DNA from: Candidatus Omnitrophota bacterium
GTDB taxonomy: Bacteria > Omnitrophota > Gorgyraeia > Gygaellales > Profunditerraquicolaceae
Assembly: GCA_963805065.1 (NCBI GenBank)
Contig: CAWDSS010000016.1
Span: 1,084 to 65,083, forward strand
Length of the DNA: 64,000 nt
Direction: 5' to 3'
In this document: one piece after another, positions 37,272 through 45,418 of the stretch
How positions within the stretch are numbered: the stretch's first letter is position 1
Layout: each line of letters begins with the position of its first letter
Made by a program: the position numbers and the translations under genes
The notes under the pieces: generated by a model
The model's input: the letters and a program-made list of their open reading frames with translations, nothing else
Database searches by the model: none
Told to the model about the DNA's origin: nothing

Positions 37272-37663
37272 TGACTTTTATAATTCTTATTCATGTAGTA
37301 GTTTGTTTTGTGCTTATTACATTAGTTTTGATTCAAAGAGGCAGGGGTAGCGGCCTGGTAGAAAGTTTCCAGGGTGTAGAATCAATGTTTGGCACAAAAA
37401 CCAATGCCTTTCTTACGCGCACAACCACCGTGCTTTCAATCCTGTTCTTTATTACCTGTTTAAGCCTGGCTGTTTTATCTGTAAGGCAGAGTAGGTCCTT
37501 ACTAAGCAATGTCAGGAGTGAATCCAAGCCGATAAAACTATTGCCTGTTAGTACCGGGCAACCGCCTGTTCAGGCACAGCAGCCACAAGCGAAAACCGCC
37601 ATTCCTGCGGCACAAAATGCTCCTTTACAACAACTACCACAGGAAACCAAAAAAGCTCAATAA
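37268..37663 (+). CDS. secG: preprotein translocase subunit SecG with long Q/P-rich C-terminal tail
   Basis: two TM helices, LIQRGRGSGL...FG motif; conserved tpiA-secG adjacency; ATGA overlap. Confidence 0.75.
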   Translation: MMTFIILIHVVVCFVLITLVLIQRGRGSGLVESFQGVESMFGTKTNAFLTRTTTVLSILFFITCLSLAVLSVRQSRSLLSNVRSESKPIKLLPVSTGQPPVQAQQPQAKTAIPAAQNAPLQQLPQETKKAQ

Positions 37664-37682
37664 TGCTAGAATTTAGCGACAT

Positions 37683-37717
37683 CTAGAAAAGCTGCCAATG
37701 AAATTGGCAGCTTTTCT
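37683..37717 (+). terminator. intrinsic terminator after secG
   Basis: 16-bp stem TAGAAAAGCTGCCAAT / ATTGGCAGCTTTTCTA, GAA loop, T-rich tail. Confidence 0.75.
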
Positions 37718-37726
37718 ATTATTCCT

Positions 37727-38878
37727 ATGAATAAAAAATTATTCTGGATTTATGCCTTAAGCAGCGCCGTATATTTTACCCAAGGCATAGAAGGTCTTCC
37801 TTCCCAGGGCCTGTTTTATTATTGGAAAGAAACACTGGGTTTCTCTGCGGATAAGATAATGTATATCAGCAGTATTACTATTTCTGCCTGGCTGGTAAAA
37901 CCCATTCTCGGCTATGTTATAGATAACTTTTTTAACAAAAGAATCTGGATATTCATCTCCCTGGGGCTTGATATAGTCTTGGTATCTATTTTAGGATTGG
38001 TTAACCTGCCAATGGCTATTCTTGTGACTTTTTTAGTAGCAAATTCAACTGATGCGGCATTCCGGGATGTGGCAGTTGACGGAATCATGTGCGTAGAAGG
38101 AAAGAAAAATCAAACAACCGGTAAAATTCAAAGTGTTCAATGGATTTCTATTTACGTGGCAGGCTTGCTTACAGGCATAGGCGGAGGGGTTATCGCGGAA
38201 AAGTGGAATTATCGGGTTGGTTTCCTGCTGCTTATACCTGTTTATTTGCTTGTGAGTATTACCGCCTATCTTTATAAGGAAGAGCTTGTTTATCGTGACC
38301 GCAAAAACTCCAGCCTGTCAGCCGATTTAAAGAAAATATTTGCCGATAAGAGATTGCTTATCGTGGCATTGTTTATTTTTCTCTATAAATATTCGCCTTC
38401 TTTTGGCACGCCGCTTTTCTTTGTGCAAAGAGATACCTTTAAATGGGGTAAAATCTGGATCGGGATCCTTGGCACAATCAGCACGGTTTTCGGGATAATC
38501 GGCTCTATGCTTTATTACAAATTCAGCACCAGGATTAATATAAAAAAGTGGCTGTTTCTTAGCGTATTTTTAGGCGCTGTAACCACCTTAAGTTACCTTT
38601 ATTATACTCCTGTGAGCGCTGTGGTTTATGAAGTAATTTATAGCGTTATCGGCATGTTTATTTTCATCATGGTTATGGATTTTATGGCCAGGAAAACGCC
38701 TAAGGGTTTTGAAGCTACTTCTTTTGCATTCTTGTGCAGCATAAGTAACCTGGCTTTGGTAACCAGCAATATTTCAGGCGCATTTTTATTTCCCAAAATA
38801 GGCTTAAGCTGGCTGATAATAATCTCCGCGCTGACCAGTTTCTTATGCCTGCCATTGATTAACAAGATACATGAATAA
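37727..38878 (+). CDS. MFS-type transporter (folate-biopterin-transporter-like by recollection)
   Basis: about 12 TM segments; N-terminal YFTQGIEGLP pattern. Confidence 0.55.
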   Translation: MNKKLFWIYALSSAVYFTQGIEGLPSQGLFYYWKETLGFSADKIMYISSITISAWLVKPILGYVIDNFFNKRIWIFISLGLDIVLVSILGLVNLPMAILVTFLVANSTDAAFRDVAVDGIMCVEGKKNQTTGKIQSVQWISIYVAGLLTGIGGGVIAEKWNYRVGFLLLIPVYLLVSITAYLYKEELVYRDRKNSSLSADLKKIFADKRLLIVALFIFLYKYSPSFGTPLFFVQRDTFKWGKIWIGILGTISTVFGIIGSMLYYKFSTRINIKKWLFLSVFLGAVTTLSYLYYTPVSAVVYEVIYSVIGMFIFIMVMDFMARKTPKGFEATSFAFLCSISNLALVTSNISGAFLFPKIGLSWLIIISALTSFLCLPLINKIHE

Positions 38879-38920
38879 AATAATTGCAACTTTAGCCACA
38901 GTTGTATATAATATAACGTC

Positions 38921-39520
38921 ATGTTAGAGATACTCCAACCATATATACTTACCTTTATCCCGATATTCGTGGCTGTGGATGCCATCGGCAACATCCCTTT
39001 GTTTATAGGGCTGGTAGAGGGGATGAATAAGAAGCAAAGGCACAAGGCTATCGTGGATTCTGTAACTACTGCCACGGCTGTGGCAGTCTTATTCGTATTT
39101 ATAGGTAAGGCAATATTAAGGTTTATAGGAATTACTATTCCGGATTTCCAGATTGCAGGAGGCATACTTTTATTTGTAATATCAGTCAGGCTTCTTTTGC
39201 CAGGCACTTCCAAGGCAATGTTAGCCAATGGCCACGATAAAGACGTGGGGGTTTTCCCACTTGGAACTCCTTTAATCACAGGCCCGGCTGTATTAACTAC
39301 GACTTTAATGATGCTGGATAGCTATGGTGTAGCTGCCACTTTCGTATCTTTGGCCTTAAACATGATTATCGTGTGGCTGACGCTTTACAAGGCAGATTTT
39401 ATCTTAAGGCTTATGGGCGCCAACGGCACGCGCGCGTTTTCCAAGATAATGTATATACTGTTAGCAGCCATAGGCGTTATGGTAGTCAGGCGGGGTATTG
39501 CAGGAGTATTACTAAGATGA
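38921..39520 (+). CDS. MarC-family (UPF0056) integral membrane protein
   Basis: FIPIFVAVDAIGNIPLFIGL N-terminus and 6-TM layout typical of the MarC family. Confidence 0.75.
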   Translation: MLEILQPYILTFIPIFVAVDAIGNIPLFIGLVEGMNKKQRHKAIVDSVTTATAVAVLFVFIGKAILRFIGITIPDFQIAGGILLFVISVRLLLPGTSKAMLANGHDKDVGVFPLGTPLITGPAVLTTTLMMLDSYGVAATFVSLALNMIIVWLTLYKADFILRLMGANGTRAFSKIMYILLAAIGVMVVRRGIAGVLLR

Positions 39521-40743
39521 TGAAGCAGGTTTTGACATTTATTATGGCAGGAGGAAAGGGAGAGCGTCTTTATCCTTTAACTAAGGATAGGACGAAGCCG
39601 GCTGTGCCATTTGGCGGCATATACAGGATTATTGATTTTACGCTGAGTAATTGTATTAATTCGGGTCTACGTAAAATTTACCTGCTTACGCAGTATAAGT
39701 CCGCATCTTTACAAAAGCATATCCGTTTAGGCTGGAATATCCTGCCTTCAGAGTTAGCCCAATTTATTGAAATCCTTCCCGCACAGCAAAGAATCGGTGA
39801 TTCCTGGTATTTGGGGACTGCAGACGCCATATTTCAGAATCTTTACACGTTGGAAATTGACCTTCCTGATGAAGTGCTGATTTTGGCAGGCGACCATGTG
39901 TATAAGATGAATTATTATTCCATGATAGATTTTCATCGCGAGCTGGATGCTGATTTAACCGTAGGGGTAGTTGAGGTTGATAAGGACAAGGCAAGCCATT
40001 TGGGTATTGTGGAAGTTGACGATAGCGGCATGGTGCAGGGATTCCAGGAAAAGCCCATGAAGCCAAAAGTAATACCTACAAATCCGGATAAGGTATTTGC
40101 CTCCATGGGAATTTACAATTTTAAACGCTCGATTCTTGAGCAGGAATTACATGAGGATGCCAAGAAACATAATTCAACGCATGATTTCGGCAAAGACATT
40201 ATCCCTCAAATGCTTAAGAAAGGATTAAAAATAGCCGCCTACAACTTTATTGATGAGAATAGGAAACAGGCAAAATATTGGCGCGACATAGGAACCATTG
40301 AAGCCTATTATGAGGCAAATATGGACTTGGTGCAGGTTAATCCCACGTTTAACCTTTACGATAAAGATTGGCCTATAAGGACTTTTCAGGAGCAGTTTCC
40401 ACCTGTGAAAACAGTTTTTGCCGGGGAAGAAATGCCAGGCAGGGTGGGCCTGGTGCTTGATTCGGTTATTTCCAACGGCTGCATTGTGAGCGGCGGGAGA
40501 GTGCAGCGCTCAATACTTTCTCCCAATGTAAGGATTAACAGCTATTCTGAAGTCTATGATTCTATCCTTATGGAAGGCGTAAACGTGGGAAGGCATGCCA
40601 AAATAAAAAGAGCGATAATTGATAAAGATGTAGTTATCCCTTCAGGTATGGTTATCGGGTATGATTTAGAAGAGGACAAGAAGCATTTTAGTGTCAGTGA
40701 ATCCGGTATTGTAGTGGTGGCAAAGAGGACAGAAATAAAGTAA
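39517..40743 (+). CDS. glgC: glucose-1-phosphate adenylyltransferase
   Basis: start at ATG 39517 (ATGA overlap with marC stop); MAGGKGERLYPLT, FGGIYRIIDF, WYLGTADA, C-terminal left-handed beta-helix repeats. Confidence 0.9.
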   Translation: MMKQVLTFIMAGGKGERLYPLTKDRTKPAVPFGGIYRIIDFTLSNCINSGLRKIYLLTQYKSASLQKHIRLGWNILPSELAQFIEILPAQQRIGDSWYLGTADAIFQNLYTLEIDLPDEVLILAGDHVYKMNYYSMIDFHRELDADLTVGVVEVDKDKASHLGIVEVDDSGMVQGFQEKPMKPKVIPTNPDKVFASMGIYNFKRSILEQELHEDAKKHNSTHDFGKDIIPQMLKKGLKIAAYNFIDENRKQAKYWRDIGTIEAYYEANMDLVQVNPTFNLYDKDWPIRTFQEQFPPVKTVFAGEEMPGRVGLVLDSVISNGCIVSGGRVQRSILSPNVRINSYSEVYDSILMEGVNVGRHAKIKRAIIDKDVVIPSGMVIGYDLEEDKKHFSVSESGIVVVAKRTEIK

Positions 40744-40773
40744 AAAGTTAAAAGCCAAAAGTTAAAAGTTAAA

Positions 40774-41241
40774 ATGGAAAATCAAAATATTAGAAAAGCA
40801 AAGATACAAGATATCAAGCAAATCCAAAGTTTAATAAACTATTTTGCCGATAAAGACCTCATGCTGCCCAGGTCTTTGAACGAATTGTACGAAAATCTGC
40901 GGGATTTCTGGGTATATGAAGAAAATAAAAAAATCCTGGGTTGCGCTGCGTTACATATCTCTTGGGAAAATTTAGCGGAGATAAAGTCTTTGGCAGTGCA
41001 AACAGGCATACAAAATAGAGGGATTGGCCAAGATTTAATTTCTATATGCATAAGAGAAGCAAAAGAATTGGGAGCCAAGAGAGTATTTGTCCTTACCTAC
41101 CATTTTAAATACTTTCGTAAATTAGGCTTTAAACGGGTGAACCACGCGGACCTGCCACATAAAATTTGGGCAGAATGCATTAATTGTCCCAAATTCCCCA
41201 ATTGCCAGGAAGTCGCCTTGATAAAAAATATAGCCAGATAA
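40774..41241 (+). CDS. GNAT-family N-acetyltransferase (ArgA C-terminal-domain-like)
   Basis: IQNRGIGQDL acetyl-CoA-binding (Q/R-x-x-G-x-G/A) motif, about 155 aa. Confidence 0.75.
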   Translation: MENQNIRKAKIQDIKQIQSLINYFADKDLMLPRSLNELYENLRDFWVYEENKKILGCAALHISWENLAEIKSLAVQTGIQNRGIGQDLISICIREAKELGAKRVFVLTYHFKYFRKLGFKRVNHADLPHKIWAECINCPKFPNCQEVALIKNIAR

Positions 41242-41246
41242 AGAAT

Positions 41247-41273
41247 GGGGACAGGAAAAATAGAACCGTCCCC
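41247..41273 (+). repeat. partial (right-half-like) copy of the palindromic element, after the GNAT gene
   Basis: GGGGACAGGAAAAATAGAACCGTCCCC: matches GAAAAATAGAAACGTCCCC of the full copies with 1 mismatch; short GGGGAC/GTCCCC stem. Confidence 0.55.
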
Positions 41274-41291
41274 GTAGTAAGGGAGGAATAA

Positions 41292-42443
41292 ATGGATTAT
41301 TTACTGACTGATGAACAAAAAATGATTAAGGAACTGGCTCATAAGATCGCCGAAGAAAAAATCCGGCCGGTGGCTGCCAAGTATGACCAGACGGAAGAAT
41401 ATCCATGGGAGATTATTAAGATTATTGCTGATGCAGGGCTTTTCGGCTTATTTATACCGGAAGAGTACGGCGGGATGAGCGTAGGTGTTTTAAACTTATG
41501 CCTTGCTACGGAAGAATTATCGCGCGCCTGCGGCGGTATTGCTGTTTGTTATGCAGCTTCTGCTTTAGGAACGTTCCCAATAGTGTTATTTGGCAATGAC
41601 CAGCAAAAGAAAAAATACCTGCCGGCTTTAGCCAGCGGTAAAAAAGTCGCTGCTTTTGCTATTACTGAACCGGAAGCGGGATCCGATGCATCTGCAATTA
41701 AGACCACGGCAAAAAAGGAAGGGGATTATTATATTTTAAACGGCCTTAAACATTTTATAACCAACGGCGGTGACGCAGAAACTTATGTAGTTATTGCCAT
41801 GACAGATAAAACAAAAGGCGCAAGAGGCGCCTCCGCATTTATCCTGGAAAAAGGTACCCCAGGGTTTACTTTCGGCAAAAAAGAGGATAAGTTTGGCATC
41901 CGTGCCTCCTCGACCAGTGAATTAGTATTCACGGATTGTAAAATACCCAAAGAAAACCTGCTTGCCAAAGAAGGCATGGGTTTTATCGTTACCATGAGGA
42001 CATTTGATATGTCCAGGCCTGGAGTTGCTACGCAGGCTTTAGGGATAGCGCAAGGCGCGCTGGAATTAGCAGTAAAATACGCCAAAGAAAGGCATCAGTT
42101 CGGAAAATCGATTTCCACTTTCCAGGGAATACAATGGATGCTTGCTGACATGGCTACGGAAATCGAAGCTGCCAGGGGCCTGGTTTATTCAACCGCAAGA
42201 ATGGTTGATGCTGGGATTAAGGATGTTGCCAAAGAGTCAGCCATGGCAAAGATGTTTGCATCGGATGTGGCAATGAAAGTCACAGTGGATGCGCTCCAGA
42301 TATTCGGCGGCTATGGTTACATGAGAGATTATCCTATTGAAAAATACGTAAGAGATGCTAAGATTACACAAATTTACGAAGGGACAAACCAGATTCAGCG
42401 CAATATCATTGCTTTACAGTTAATAAAAGAAATGGCCAAGTAA
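41292..42443 (+). CDS. acyl-CoA dehydrogenase (short-chain/butyryl-CoA dehydrogenase-like)
   Basis: TEPEAGSDA, catalytic-base region YEGTNQIQ, size 383 aa; followed by etfBA. Confidence 0.9.
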   Translation: MDYLLTDEQKMIKELAHKIAEEKIRPVAAKYDQTEEYPWEIIKIIADAGLFGLFIPEEYGGMSVGVLNLCLATEELSRACGGIAVCYAASALGTFPIVLFGNDQQKKKYLPALASGKKVAAFAITEPEAGSDASAIKTTAKKEGDYYILNGLKHFITNGGDAETYVVIAMTDKTKGARGASAFILEKGTPGFTFGKKEDKFGIRASSTSELVFTDCKIPKENLLAKEGMGFIVTMRTFDMSRPGVATQALGIAQGALELAVKYAKERHQFGKSISTFQGIQWMLADMATEIEAARGLVYSTARMVDAGIKDVAKESAMAKMFASDVAMKVTVDALQIFGGYGYMRDYPIEKYVRDAKITQIYEGTNQIQRNIIALQLIKEMAK

Positions 42444-42553
42444 AGTAAAAAGGAAAAAGCCAAAAGTAAAAAGTAAAGGAAAAAGCCAAAAGTAAAAAGT
42501 AAAGGAAAAAGCCAAAAGTAAAAACTTTTACCTTTTTGCTTTTAACTTTTGAG
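42444..42553 (+). repeat. tandem array (about 2.9 x 26 nt, AGGAAAAAGCCAAAAGTAAAAAGTAA) followed by an imperfect inverted copy; A-rich word family
   Basis: units at 42451-42476, 42477-42502 and 42503-42525; inverted TTTTACCTTTTTGCTTTTAACTTTT at 42526-42550. Confidence 0.8.
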
Positions 42554-42559
42554 TAATCG

Positions 42560-43110
42560 TTCAGCAACCCTCGGGCTTCAGCCCGAGGAAGAATGAACGA
42601 CGAAGCGAAGCCAGTTTCAACTGGCGGAGCGAAGAAAGTTATGGCATAATCTGGCTATGCCCAGATATTGGAAGGGAAAACATACAAAGCACAAGCTCCA
42701 ATACCATTTGGTATGGGTGCCTAAATATCGTAAGAGGGTATTGCGAGGCAAAATAGCCTATCGTTTACGAGGGTTATTGTATGAAGGCTGTAGGATAAAC
42801 CGATGGTGGATAGGCAAGATAAGCGTACAGTACGATCATGTGCATGCGTTGATACAGCTTAATCCAAGTGATAGTGTTGCTGAAGTAGTCAAGATATTAA
42901 AAGGCGGAACAAGCAGGGTAATCCGCAAAGAATTTCCAGAGCTGCAAGAGTTTTTATGGGGAAATAGTTTTTGGGCAGATGGTTATTTTGCCGAGTCGGT
43001 TGGTCAAGTTGATGAAGAAGTTGTCAGAAAGTACATCGATGAGCAACGAAAATAGCCAGATTATGCCAGAAGCAAGAAACCTCGGGCTTTAGCCCGAGGA
43101 GTATTCATTT
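42560..43110 (+). mobile_element. IS200-type (IS200/IS605 family, tnpA only) insertion sequence; ends approximate
   Basis: tnpA flanked by near-identical hairpins CCTCGGGCTTCAGCCCGAGG (42569-42588) and CCTCGGGCTTTAGCCCGAGG (43080-43099) and by inverted 14-mers GGCATAATCTGGCT (42643-42656) / AGCCAGATTATGCC (43054-43067). Confidence 0.65.
42657..43055 (+). CDS. tnpA: IS200/IS605-family Y1 (HUH) transposase TnpA
   Basis: 132 aa; YHLVWVPKYRK, HUH motif (DHVHALI), C-terminal catalytic Tyr region (RKYIDEQ). Confidence 0.9.
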   Translation: MPRYWKGKHTKHKLQYHLVWVPKYRKRVLRGKIAYRLRGLLYEGCRINRWWIGKISVQYDHVHALIQLNPSDSVAEVVKILKGGTSRVIRKEFPELQEFLWGNSFWADGYFAESVGQVDEEVVRKYIDEQRK

Positions 43111-43116
43111 TAAAAT

Positions 43117-43899
43117 ATGAACATAATCGTCTGCATAAAACAAGTCCCCGAGACAACGGAAGTTAGGATCAACCCCGAGACGAATACTCTGATACGCGAA
43201 GGAGTCGAGTCTATTATCAATCCCTTTGATATGTATGCCATAGAAGAATCAATTCGGCTTAAGGAAAAATGCGGCGGTAAAATCACTGTGATTACCATGG
43301 GCCCTCCGCAGGCAGATGCTGCTTTAAGAGAAGCAATTTCCCTGGGAGCTGATGAGGGCATACTTATTTGCGACAGGGCATTTGCCGGAAGCGATACCTG
43401 GGCAACCAGCTATACATTATCAGGCGCGATAAAGAAAATCGGCCAATTTGATTTAATCATCTGCGGCAAACAGGCATCTGATGGAGACACAGCACAGGTG
43501 GGGCCAGGTATCTCAACGCATTTAGACATTCCTCAGGTCACTTATGTTAAAAAAATTGAAGAGGTAAAAGATAAAACCCTGCGCGTAGAGCGTATGATGG
43601 AAGAAGGTTTTGAAATTATTGAAACCCCCCTACCAGCCCTGCTTACTGTTGTCAAAGAAATTAATGAGCCGAGGCTGCCTTCTTTAAAAGGAATGATGCG
43701 CGCAAAGTCGGCAAAGATTCAAATCTGGTCTCAAAAAGAATTGGATCTCGATAGTCAAAGAATCGGCTTATGCGGTTCGCCTACGCAGGTAGTGAAAATA
43801 TTTACTCCGCCGCAACGAAGCGGAGGACAAATGCTTAAGGGAGAAATCCCTGAGATTGCAGCTAAACTTGTGGATTTAATCAAGGACGAGGTACATTAA
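43117..43899 (+). CDS. etfB: electron transfer flavoprotein beta subunit
   Basis: MNIIVCIKQVPE..INPFD..AIEEA-type N-terminus, 260 aa. Confidence 0.9.
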   Translation: MNIIVCIKQVPETTEVRINPETNTLIREGVESIINPFDMYAIEESIRLKEKCGGKITVITMGPPQADAALREAISLGADEGILICDRAFAGSDTWATSYTLSGAIKKIGQFDLIICGKQASDGDTAQVGPGISTHLDIPQVTYVKKIEEVKDKTLRVERMMEEGFEIIETPLPALLTVVKEINEPRLPSLKGMMRAKSAKIQIWSQKELDLDSQRIGLCGSPTQVVKIFTPPQRSGGQMLKGEIPEIAAKLVDLIKDEVH

Positions 43900-43901
43900 T
43901 C

Positions 43902-45104
43902 ATGCCTATTCAAATAATTTCCGAAAAATGCACTGGTTGCACATTATGTATTAAATCCTGCCCATTTTCAGCTATCCAGATGATAAATAAAAAAGCTGTG
44001 ATTGACTTAAATAAATGTAATCTTTGCGGCGCCTGCGTCCCCACATGTAAATTCAAGGCGATATTGCTGGAAAAACAGGCATCAGCCTGCGTAACGCCGG
44101 ATATCAAGGATTATAAAGGCGTATGGGTTTTTATCGAGCAGAAGAACAACAAGGTGCAATCTGTTTCCTATGAACTCTTAGGGAAAGCGCAGGATTTAGG
44201 AAAGAAGTTAAATTGCCAGGTAAGCGGAGTTTTAATAGGAAATAATTTAGATGACCAATTAGATGAATTAATTTGGCGCGGAGCAGATAATATTTATCTA
44301 GTAGAGGCGCCTGAGTTGGCTAATTTTCAGGATGAGCCTTACACCAATATTTTAGTAAAATTAATCCAGAAATATAAACCTGAGATTTTTCTCGCCGGAG
44401 CAACCTCGATAGGCAGATCCCTGGTTTCAAGAGTGGCAATTACAGTGCGTTGCGGCTTGACCGCAGACTGCACCGGGCTGGATATTGACCCGGCAAAAAA
44501 GATTCTTTTACAAACCCGGCCTGCATTTGGCGGAAATATTATGGCTACGATTATTTCTCCCAACCACCGGCCGCAAATGGCGACAGTCCGCCATAAAGTA
44601 ATGCAGCCCATGGATTCGGATAAACAGAGAAAAGGAAAAATCATCAGGGATAATTTTGACGGTAATTTGTATAACTCCCGCACAAAACTTTTGGATATCG
44701 TAGAAGAAATAGAATCACTGGTCAATCTTGCCGAGGCAGACATTATCGTATCCGGTGGCCGGGGAATGGGAGGACCCGAGAATTTTAAAATCATAGAAGA
44801 ACTTGCCCATGTATTGGGTGCGGCAGTAGGAGCTTCGCGTGCTGCAGTAGATTCCGGATGGAAGCCTTATTCGCATCAGGTGGGGCAAACCGGAAGGACC
44901 GTTGCACCTAAAATATATATTGCCTGCGGCATTTCCGGGCAAATTCAGCATCTCGTAGGAATGCAATCCTCAAAAATTATTATCGCCATCAACAAAGACC
45001 CCGATGCCCCTATATTTAAGGTATCTACATACGGTATAGTGGGAGACCTTTTCCAGGTAGTCCCTGCCTTAACCAAAAGATTCAAGGAAGTTCTCTCTTC
45101 TTAG
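43902..45104 (+). CDS. etfA: electron transfer flavoprotein alpha subunit with N-terminal 2x[4Fe-4S] ferredoxin domain
   Basis: CTGCTLCIKSCP and CNLCGACVPTC motifs, then EtfA core (SGGRGMG, YIACGISGQIQH). Confidence 0.9.
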   Translation: MPIQIISEKCTGCTLCIKSCPFSAIQMINKKAVIDLNKCNLCGACVPTCKFKAILLEKQASACVTPDIKDYKGVWVFIEQKNNKVQSVSYELLGKAQDLGKKLNCQVSGVLIGNNLDDQLDELIWRGADNIYLVEAPELANFQDEPYTNILVKLIQKYKPEIFLAGATSIGRSLVSRVAITVRCGLTADCTGLDIDPAKKILLQTRPAFGGNIMATIISPNHRPQMATVRHKVMQPMDSDKQRKGKIIRDNFDGNLYNSRTKLLDIVEEIESLVNLAEADIIVSGGRGMGGPENFKIIEELAHVLGAAVGASRAAVDSGWKPYSHQVGQTGRTVAPKIYIACGISGQIQHLVGMQSSKIIIAINKDPDAPIFKVSTYGIVGDLFQVVPALTKRFKEVLSS

Positions 45105-45176
45105 CATACCTTATCATCTTTAAGCAACATAATAATCCTATATGTATGTATATGTCAAAGAATGTAAAGATTTTCC

Positions 45177-45205
45177 TTGACAAAGTTTGCTCTTTTATTT
45201 ATAAT
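45177..45205 (+). promoter_or_regulatory. sigma-70-type promoter with perfect consensus: TTGACA-17 nt-TATAAT
   Basis: TTGACA at 45177-45182, TATAAT at 45200-45205, 17-nt spacer; sits 23 nt upstream of the HTH gene start. Confidence 0.6.
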
Positions 45206-45227
45206 CAAACCATATTTTGGAGAAAAT

Positions 45228-45404
45228 ATGATAAGCAGCGGATTAATGACAATTGAAGACTTAGCAGATTACCTGAAAGTTTCGCGCCGGACTATATATG
45301 AATGGCTTAAGCAGAATAAGATTCCTGCGGTTAAGCTGGTTGGCCAGTGGCGCTTTAAAAGAGACAAAATCGATGCCTGGATTGAGAATAGGTCCTTAAA
45401 CTAA
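45228..45404 (+). CDS. small excisionase-family/MerR-like helix-turn-helix DNA-binding protein
   Basis: start at ATG 45228 after GGAG; TIEDLADYLKVSRRTIYEWLKQNKIPAVKLVGQWRF matches the HTH_17-type pattern. Confidence 0.65.
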   Translation: MISSGLMTIEDLADYLKVSRRTIYEWLKQNKIPAVKLVGQWRFKRDKIDAWIENRSLN

Positions 45405-45418
45405 AAGGAGAGTTGATT

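Noticed and set aside
38638-39279. 213-aa minus-strand ORF spanning the MFS/MarC junction
   Set aside because: It is antisense to two membrane-protein genes with clear family features and crosses their intergenic spacer. It has no motifs and is a shadow ORF.
39373-39516. N-terminal extensions offered by the ORF track for glgC (also 19134-19187 for the GT9 gene, 60169-60285 for hisI, 30764-30805 for galT2, 31829-31858 for gap, 45177-45227 for the HTH gene)
   Set aside because: The extensions overlap the upstream genes or hairpins or promoter elements, and have no similarity to family N-termini. Internal ATG starts give canonical N-termini, often with ATGA overlaps or a GGAG-type RBS.
42444-42553. 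Possible CRISPR array (regular 26-nt repeats)
   Set aside because: The units are directly abutting with no unique spacers and total only about 80 nt. No cas genes are in the window, and the word also occurs singly elsewhere. It is a tandem repeat, not a CRISPR array.
45105-45404. Prophage or integrative-element remnant suggested by the excisionase-like HTH
   Set aside because: The flanks contain no integrase, att-like direct repeats, phage structural genes or tRNA target. The neighbours are core genes (etfA, smc).
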